A stretch of 64,000 nucleotides of DNA. Origin: the human T2T-CHM13v2.0 reference genome, Homo sapiens. The notes under the pieces were generated by a model. It was not told where the DNA came from. It searched no databases and worked only from the letters and a program-made list of their open reading frames with translations. Location: the NCBI RefSeq assembly GCF_009914755.1, contig NC_060936.1; one strand, given 5' to 3'. Shown piece by piece: positions 51,488-64,000 of the stretch; position 1 is the first letter of the stretch, and every line of letters begins with the position of its first letter. Position numbers and translations under genes: made by a program.

Positions 51488-51690
51488 GTAATAACAACTT
51501 GCGCTTTACTGGGCGCTGACGAGGTGGCCGGCTCTGGCCTGAGTGCTTTCCGTAGACTCGTTCTTGGACTGAGCTGGCTCCACTGTGGGGACCGAGCTGG
51601 GAATTACTAACGCATTTTACAGGAAGTTGTGGGGGGGTTTAAGTAACCTGTCCAAGCTCACACAACCAGTGATTCAGAGAGCCAGGGTGC
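51488..51690 (-). mobile_element. MIR, unusually CpG/GC-rich
   Basis: TTTACTGGGCGCTGAC..CATTTTACAG..GTTTAAGTAACCTGTCCAAGCTCACACA..AGAGCCAGG follows the MIR consensus order. Confidence 0.6.
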
Positions 51691-52159
51691 AAGGTAACAG
51701 TAGGAAAGATAGTTCATGTTCTATGTAGATTGATGGAATCTTAAAATTTCTGACTTGAAGTAAAAACATTTTTTACCACTTACTCCAGTAACCTGTACCA
51801 GCCGTTTATCCCAATACTAGCTACTGCATGGAATGTTGGTACTTGCCTACTACCTCCCCCTTTATTTAAAAAACATCTAAGATGTTCTCCTTTGTCCAAT
51901 CAATGAGTCGCTCTTATTAACCTGAAAATTAAGACTTCTGAAAAAAAAATGGTCTCTTTTCTAGCGGAGATGCTGGAGGGAAACTGATCATTATGAATTC
52001 AATAATAGCAGAGAGGCAGAGGAGCATAATGATTATGAAAATGAAGACTGAGGTCAGAATCCTAGATCTACCCCTACTCAGTTAGGTCATTATCATGGGC
52101 AAGTTACATAGCTTCTTTGTGCTTCAATTTCCTCATGTGTAAAATAGGAATAATGATAG

Positions 52160-52369
<210 letters not shown>

Positions 52370-54102
52370 TAGTAGAGATGAGGTTTCACCATGTTGGCTG
52401 GGCTGGTCTCAAACTCCTTACCTCAGGTAATCCACCCACCTCTGCCTCCCAAAGTGCTGGGATTACAGGCGTGAGCCACTACGCCCGGCCAAATGTGCTA
52501 TTTTGATATTTTAGTTAATGCATGTCTTCATACACACTAAGTGTTTGATAAACGGTCTCTAAATAAAACAGGAATAAGTTTGAGATCCTGCTTCCCTATC
52601 CACTTCTAATTACCACCATATTTCATTTAAAAAGTAACTATGAAATCCCTCTATTCTCTGAGAACTCCAACAACAGAAATGTAGTTTTTACAAACAAAAG
52701 AGCTTAGAAAAGCAAAAGCTCAGATAAGATACAATATCAGCAGAATTATTTTGAAATTGATTTTCCTGTTTTTTCATTTGGAGTCAGAAATTTGCTAAGA
52801 TCCGCAACAAAAATAAACTGTTTTTAATCCTTTGCCAACTAGGATAATAGATTGTAATGCCAAACTAATTTTTTTTAATGGCCAAAAAAATTTTCACAGA
52901 AAACAGCATACTAATCTCTTCAGACTAAAAATCAATTCATACATAAATGGAGGTCTCATATACATCATAAATTCAAGTTAGAGTACATATTCTATATTAC
53001 TGCAGAAAAGTTATGAATAATAATTTCTTTGAGGATTCAGAAAATATTAGCTTATACATAGATGACAAACTTCATTTGACTGAAGAAATAAGAAAAAGCC
53101 AAATGCCAGGAGACTCCATTATTCAACTTAGGAATAAGAGGAAAATCTATACTAATGTTAACAGATACTCTATTTTCATCAAGTAGAAAACATAAATTCA
53201 GCAAAATAGTGTTGCAGGAAGGTTTTGTTTTTTTTTTTTTTTTTAGACAGAGTCTTCTTCTGTCACCCAGGCTGGGTTCAAGCGATTCTTGTGCCTCCTG
53301 AGAGTAGCTGGGACTACAAGTGCGTACCACCACACCCGGTTAATTTTTGTACTTTTAGTAGAGACAAAGTTTTGCCCTGTTGCTCAGGCTGGTCTCAAAC
53401 TCCTGACCTCAAGTAATCCGCCCACCTCAGCCTCTGAAAGTGCTGGGATTACAGGCGTGAGCCACTACTCCCAGCCGCAGGAAAGATTCTTAATCTAATA
53501 ACAAGCTTTATTTTTCCTGTATTTTTTCATCTTTCCAGACATTTACTATAAATAATACCTCACATTTGTAAAGCACTGGAAAGGCTCTTCCTATATTATC
53601 TCAAAAGCACTGTGTATGATTTTCACAGTGGTCAGCTTGCAGAACCATCCCATCTGTGACACAGTTCTAAATTGAAAACCTAAAGGATGTTTATTCCTTT
53701 TAAACTGAAGATGCCTTGCAGGTAGGGGCTATTTCTTGTGTATCACTGCATCTTTCACAGTGCATTTGAAATCATGGCATTTTAAGTATATTGCCTTCAG
53801 GAATTAACTTAGTAAGAAATATGATTTTCCTGAGCCGAGAGAGTGGTAGAACTCATCCTTCTTGCCTTCAGGAATAAATTTCAAGCCACACACACACAGA
53901 ATTTGAGTCTGTTTTATTACACAATTAGCTTTAAAATCACTTTAAATAAAATACCAAAATGAAAACTGATGCTTTTTTTAGAGTAAACATATGAAAACCT
54001 ATAGAAATTTTAAGCTATCCATATAACTTTTTAAAAAAGAAATCCTAAATATTATGTCACTTAATTCTTACATACCTCAGAATGTATCTCTAAATAAAAT
54101 GA

Positions 54103-54510
<408 letters not shown>

Positions 54511-54673
54511 TAAAAATGTGTTTTTACAGCTGGGCGTGGTGGCCCAGGGGTGCAAATCCCAGCACTTTGGGAGGCCAAGGTGGGAGGATTGTTTAAACCC
54601 AGGAGTTCCAGACCAGCCTGGGCAATATAACCAGACCCCATCTCAATAAATAAATAAATTAATTAATTAATTA

Positions 54674-54874
<201 letters not shown>

Positions 54875-54973
54875 CTAGCACTTTGGGAGGCCCAGGCAGG
54901 TGGATTGCCTGAGCTTAGGATTTCGAGACCAGCCTGGGCAACATGGCAAAACCCAGTCTCTACTAAAAAACTA

Positions 54974-55201
<228 letters not shown>

Positions 55202-55650
55202 TTAAAATCAAGACTAAATAAGATATTTCTTATATTTGCTTGTTATGTTTCTTAAGTCTTTCAAAAAATTTTTTTCTATATCACATCATCAAGCAATAAA
55301 ATTTTTTATTATGGAAATTTTCAAACATACATCAAAATGGAGAAAATTTTATAAGAAATCCCATGTACCCAGCTGGGCGGTGGCTCATGTCTGTAATCCC
55401 AGCACTGTGGGAGGCCAAGGCAGGCAGATCACCTGAGGTCAGGCATTCGAGACCAGCCTGGCCAACATGGTGAAACCCTTTCTCTATTAAAAACACAAAA
55501 ATTAGCAGGGCGTGGTGGTGCATGCCTGTAATCCTAGCTACTCAGGAGGCTAAGGCAGGAGAATTGCTTGAACCCGGCTGGTGGAGGTTGCAGTGAGCCG
55601 AGATGGTGCCATTACACTCCACCTTGGGCAACAGAGCAAGACTCCATCTC

Positions 55651-55695
55651 AAAAAAAAAAGAAAGAAAGAAAGAAAAGAAAGAAAGAAACAGAAA

Positions 55696-55757
<62 letters not shown>

Positions 55758-55822
55758 AAAAAGAAAGAAAGAAAGAAAGAAAGAAAAGAAAGAAAGAAAA
55801 GAAAGAAGGAAAGAAAGAAGAA
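55651..55822 (+). repeat. (GAAA)n compound microsatellite grown from an Alu tail
   Basis: About 170-bp purine run; the Alu is flanked by TSD AAGAAATCCCATGTACCC. Confidence 0.95.
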
Positions 55823-55929
55823 ATCCCATGTACCCATCACCTTGCTCTAATAATTTTCAATATTTTGCCAATCTTGTTTTATCTGTTCTCTTACATACAC
55901 ATACAAACACACATATATACTTTTTAAAA

Positions 55930-57500
<1,571 letters not shown>

Positions 57501-57504
57501 ATTT

Positions 57505-57963
57505 CTTATTTTTTTCTTCTTCTTTCTTTATTTTTTTTTATTATACTTTAAGTTCTAGGGTACATGTGCAAACGTGCAGGTTTGTTACATATGTATACAT
57601 GTGCCATGTTGGTGTGCTGCACCCATTAACTCGTCGTTTACATTAGGTATATTTCCTAATGCTATCCCTCCCCCCTTCCCCCACCCCACAACAGGCCCTG
57701 GTGTATGATGTCCCCCTTCCTGTGTCCAAGTGTTCTCATTGTTCAATTCCCACCTATGAGTGAGAACATGTAGTGTTTGGTTTCTCGTCCCTGCGATAGT
57801 TTGCTCAGAATGATGGTTTCCAGCTTCATCCATGTCCCTACAAAGGACATGAACTCATCATTTTTTATGGCTGCATAGTATTCCATGGTGTATATGTGCC
57901 ACATTTTCTTAATCCAGTCTATCATTGTTGGACATTTGGGTTGGTTCCAAGTCTTTGCTATTG
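57505..57963 (-). mobile_element. L1PA (about L1PA5) 3' fragment
   Basis: Poly-T, L1 3'UTR and ORF2 C-terminus ([12 protein letters not shown]...GGN). Confidence 0.88.
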
Positions 57964-58254
57964 CCAGGCGTGGTGGCTCATGCCTGTAATCCCAGCACTT
58001 TGGGAGGCTGAGGGGAGAGGATCACAAGGTCAGGAGTTCGAGACCAGCCTGGCCAACATGGTGAAACTCAGTCTCTACTAAAAATAAAAAAATTAGCCGG
58101 GCATGGCTACTCGGGAGGCTGATGCAGGGGAACTGCTTGAACCTGGGAGGCAGAGGTTACAGTGAGCCAAGATCGCTCCACTGCATTACAGCCTGGGCAA
58201 CAGAGCAAGACTTTGTCTCAAAAAAAAAAAACAAAAACAGAAAGAAAAAAAAAG

Positions 58255-59100
58255 TGTGAACACAGGACGTTATGGAGGAGCCCCTCCTAACTTAGTTCTG
58301 GAGTGTCAAGAAAGATTTTTAGAGAAAATGATAAATAAGCTGAGACTTGATGAGTTGAAGTTATTCAGGAAGAGGAAGAAGAGTACAGTAGTGTTCCAGA
58401 AGAGGGGCCATCATGATAGGCCCCAGAGGGAAGAGAACAGGGAGCTTCCTGAGAATTGTGAGAAGTTCATTTGGAGCAGGAGCTTAGGGCAAGAGTGAGG
58501 ATGGACACAATGCTTGAGGACAGAAAAATAAAAAGAGATGTCATACATATTTTTTGTACGCTGTTTAGACTTTCACCTAAGGGCAATGGGAAGCCATTCA
58601 AAGGCTTCCCGGGAGGAATTACATGATCAGATTTGTGCTTCCGAAAGATTCTTCTGTTGTAATGGAGAATGGGCTGGAGAGGAGCAAGAGTGAAGGCAGA
58701 GAGACCAGCTAGGAAAACACTGTAGGAGCTCAGAACTGAGATAACTGGGCATGAGCGAGTGACCATGGAAAGAAGTGGATGTTATCCAGAGATAGTAAAG
58801 GCGCAATAAATAAGGCATGTGATGACTGGCTGGATGCTGGAAATGGTGAAGGGGAGAGAGGAGGCAAGGGTGATTTCTAGGACTCTGGCTTAGGTGATCT
58901 AGGGATAATGACATCATTCCCTGTGTTAGGAAGCACAAGAGGAAAGTCAGGTTGCAGAGGGAAGATGCTGAGTTCTCTTTTAATATGTTGACTTTAACGT
59001 TCCTATGAGACATACAAAAGATGTCCAGTGGATACCTGTGTTTGCAGACTTAACCGTCAGGGCAGGCAGATGAGGTAAAGGTATAACTGTGATAGCCACA
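58255..59100 (+). mobile_element. L2 fragment
   Basis: GGGCAATGGGAAGCCATT..ACATGATCAGATTTGTG L2 core motifs. Confidence 0.65.
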
Positions 59101-59301
59101 CATACAACACAGAGTTAGGGGAGGCAAAGAGGGCCGGGCACGGTGGCTCGCACATGCAATCCCAGCACTTTGGGAGGCCAAGGCAGGAGGATCACCTGAG
59201 GTCAGTCCAATCTAACCGACCTGGCCAACATGGCGAAACTCCTGTCTCCACTAAAAAATACAAAAATTAGCCAGGTTTGGTGGCGGGCGCCTGGAGTGCT
59301 A

Positions 59302-59481
<180 letters not shown>

Positions 59482-59485
59482 TTAC

Positions 59486-59559
59486 CTATATGGCTTTTGA
59501 CTTCCAATAGCAGGACTGAACTCACTAGCATAGAAGGGATCTTGTAAAAGAGTAGCTTT
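59486..59559 (-). CDS. C12orf56: C12orf56 coding exon (first in window), KATLLQDPFYASEFSPAIGSQKPY(R)
   Basis: Acceptor ..TTTTTCAG, donor GTAAG; 74 nt, phase 0 to 2; joins the next exon in frame (AG+G=Arg). Confidence 0.85.
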
Positions 59560-59848
59560 CTGAAAAAGGAAAAAGTAGAAATTGTTAGAATTTTTATTTA
59601 CTGAAGATCAATTCCCCCTACCTTTAGTCAATGTTATGTATCTATTCTTTAAGCCCTCCTATAGTACACGATTTGTTTATAAAACTCATTCTAGTGTTTA
59701 ATAATACCACAGGGAATTTTTTTCTTATCCAGTTTTTAAAAAGTTTTAAATATAACACTTGCTCATTATAAAATGAAATTATTTAGGCCGGGTGCGGTGG
59801 CTCATGCCTGTAATCCCAGCACTTTGGGAGGCCGAGGCAGGCAGATCA

Positions 59849-60343
<495 letters not shown>

Positions 60344-60623
60344 CTAAAATTTTTAAAAGTATCTATCGTCTGTTTGGTTTAGGTCCTTCCAGGCATATAA
60401 AGACATATGAATTATAAACACATAAATTTATAGTATTTATATATTTTTATAATATATATTTAATCCTAAATTATATCGCATATATTAATCTGGAACTTGA
60501 TTTAACTTAATATATGGTGGATGGTTTTTCATGTCTGTGTATATAGATTTACCGATTTACAGCCCGGCCCAGTGGCTCACACCTGTAATTCCAGCATTTT
60601 GGGAGGCCAAGGTGGGCGGATCA

Positions 60624-61015
<392 letters not shown>

Positions 61016-61427
61016 TAGGACTACAGACATGTTCTACCTTGCCAGGCCAATTTTTTACTTTTTATTTTTTAGTAGAGATGGCGTCTTGCTATGTTGACCA
61101 GGCTGGTCTTGAACTCCTGGCCTCAAGCGATCCTCCCCTCTGAACCTCCCAAAGTGCTAGGATTACAGGCATAAGCCACTGCATCCAACCAATATCAATT
61201 CTTTTAATGATTATTTAGTATTCCATAGCATAGATATACAACACTTTTGTTAACTATTTCCTTATTAATGGAGTTATTTTTCCTTAAACCTTTAGTGTTG
61301 CCATTTCTCATTTATTCTGGGTCCTCAAAATAGTCATACAGTGTTCAGCAATTTCTCTAAATAATCTTTTATTTATGTTGAGGCTTAAGACAGGTCAGAA
61401 GGAATTTCTCAAATGTTGTTGATTTGA

Positions 61428-61613
<186 letters not shown>

Positions 61614-61732
61614 TAGTAGAGACGGGGTTTCACCGTGTTAGCCAGGAAGATCTCGATCTCCTGACCTCCTGATCCGCCCGCCTCGGCCTCCCAAAGTGCT
61701 GGGATTACAGGAGTGAGCCACCGCATCCGGCC

Positions 61733-61763
<31 letters not shown>

Positions 61764-62564
61764 GAGACGGAGTTTAGCTCTTGTTGCCCAGGCTGGAGTG
61801 CAGTGGCACGATCTTGGCTAACTGCAACCTCCGCCTCCCAGGTTCAAGCAATTCTCCTGCCTCAGCTTCCTGAGTAACTGGGATTCCAGGCGCCCACCAC
61901 CACGGCCAGCCAATTTTTGTATTTTTAGTAGAGACGGGGTTTCACCATGTTGTCCAGGCTGGTCTCAAACTCCTGACCTCAGGTGATCCAACTGCCTCAG
62001 CCACCCAACCTGTCTTGTGCTTAATATCAGAGTGGTGTAGTGGGTGGATGGTGGCAAGGGAGATATGTGCTTTTTCTTACTACTTTTGTCATTGTTCTAC
62101 GTTTTTTTTTTTTTTTTAAAGCAGCCTTTCTTCCCTCTCCAAATATTTACATTTTCCTTAAATCCAGAATTTTAATTTGGGGTATCCCATATTTAGCTTT
62201 GTAGCAGCTATCTTCACAATGTATACAAGGCAAGGAATTACCACATTTCATCTTTACAGAATTTAAGGCGCTAAACAACCTACGTGTAACTATTTTTGGT
62301 GAAAGTTACATATAAAATGGATTACTGAAGGAGGCTCAACTCTTTGGAAACTCTTAAAATCAGGATGAGTGCTGATAATTTCTAATTAGATGGTTTGGGT
62401 TAATTTTATCTAAAAGTACAGAGAAAGTTAAAATGTGTAATGTGGCCGGGCACAGTGGCTCACCCCTGTAATCCTAGCACTTTGGGAGGCCGAGGCAGGC
62501 AGATCACCTGAAGTCAGGAGTTCAAGACCAGCCTGGCCAACATGGCGAAACCCTGTCTCTACTA

Positions 62565-62723
<159 letters not shown>

Positions 62724-64000
62724 TCAAAAAAAAAAAAAAAAAAGTGTTTATATTGAACTAGTAGCTTATTGTTAGTAGAATGAATTCTAACCCGATTTCT
62801 CACTTACGTGTGAAATATTTGGTTATTCATTTTCCATCTTTCAAGGAAGAGATAGAACATTATTGTAATTTTTAAAACTTATTTATTTTTTAAATTTTAT
62901 TTTATATATTTTTTTTCAGACAGAGTCTCACTGTATTACACAGGCTGGAGTGCAAGTGGCACAATCTTGGCTCACTGCAACCTCCGCCTCCCAGGCTTAA
63001 GTAATCCTCATCTCAGCCTCCCGAGTACATGCAGGCCATGTTCCTGGCTAATTTTTTTGTATTTTTTGTAGAGATGGGATTTCACCCATCTCTGTTGTCC
63101 AGGCTGGTCTCTAATTCCTGAGCTCAGGTGATCCACCCACTTCAGCCTCCGAAAGTGCTGGGATTATGGGCATGAGGCACCACGCCTGGCCTTACTTTTT
63201 ATTTTAGAGATGGAGTCTTGCTTATTGCCCAGGATGGAGTGCAGTAGTGTGCAGCAGAGCTTCTAACTCCTGGGCTCAAACGATCCTGCTGTCTCAGCCT
63301 CTGGAGTAACTAGTACTATAGGTGCTACTACACCACACCTGGCTAAGAGAACGTTATTTTCAATGATAGTGTCTACCAACTCATAAAGATAGTCTTCCTC
63401 CACCCACATTTATTTCAATGGTCATAGAAAAAAAAATCAGACTACCTAGATTCAAATCCCAGCTCTACACTAGCTATGTGACTTTGCACATATCATTTAA
63501 TTTCTCTGTGCCTCAATTTCCTCATCTATAAAATGGGAATAACAGTCCTACCTCATAGGGTTGTTGTAAAAATTAAATAAGTTAATATCCATGAAGCATC
63601 AGGCTCCGTTCTATTGTTATTTTCTAGTAGGAAATTAACAATAGATATTAGTTATTGTTATTGCATAGACTATTTATAGCTTAGCAGGTAATGAGTCCGC
63701 CAATCTGAATGCTCCAACCATGCATCTGCTGCATAATTTAAAAGTATTGCTAAAACCTGAAGCTGGGCAATTCAGGGAAGCATAAACAGTTATTTTGAAG
63801 TATTCACATAGATTTTTTAAAGTCAGGTAAGTTTTGGCTTTTCTATTAGAATATATGAGATCTTTTTTTAATACACCAGAGCTTTCCTCTATTTGTAATT
63901 TGTTTACATTTTTAATTTAAAGAAAGCCATTTAAAAATTTAGAAAGGAATTTTAAATGTTTGAAGTCTTCCAAACAGTGGTATGAGAAAAAAATTAAGGG

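Overview
Human/great-ape genomic DNA, very rich in Alu and L1 repeats. Nine minus-strand coding exons, none called correctly by the ORF track, splice with GT-AG sites and consistent phases into one 975-nt frame (324 aa + stop). I recognise this as the C-terminal half of C12orf56 (DUF4551 family); the 5' exons lie beyond the right edge. Just past its stop codon, on the opposite strand, is a degraded retrocopy of the oocyte KH-domain gene OOEP that carries a 14-nt GT..AG intron remnant. The longest intron holds a full-length L1PA2-like element (12-bp TSD, open ORF1 and ORF0, ORF2 broken by one 1-bp deletion), a truncated older L1PA, an ERV1 solo LTR nested in an MST/THE1 LTR, and an apparently chimeric ERVL(MLT2)/MaLR(MST) provirus with a near-perfect shared TSD. 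Several templated inverted insertions, a perfect 52-bp duplication, a strong CTCF motif and a CpG-rich MIR are also visible. Almost all other ORFs in the track are Alu, L1 or microsatellite artefacts. Gene and repeat-family names come from recalled sequences, not from a database search. I found no evidence of a wholly new multi-gene system; the best novelty candidates are the chimeric provirus and the OOEP retrocopy / C12orf56 3'-end arrangement.
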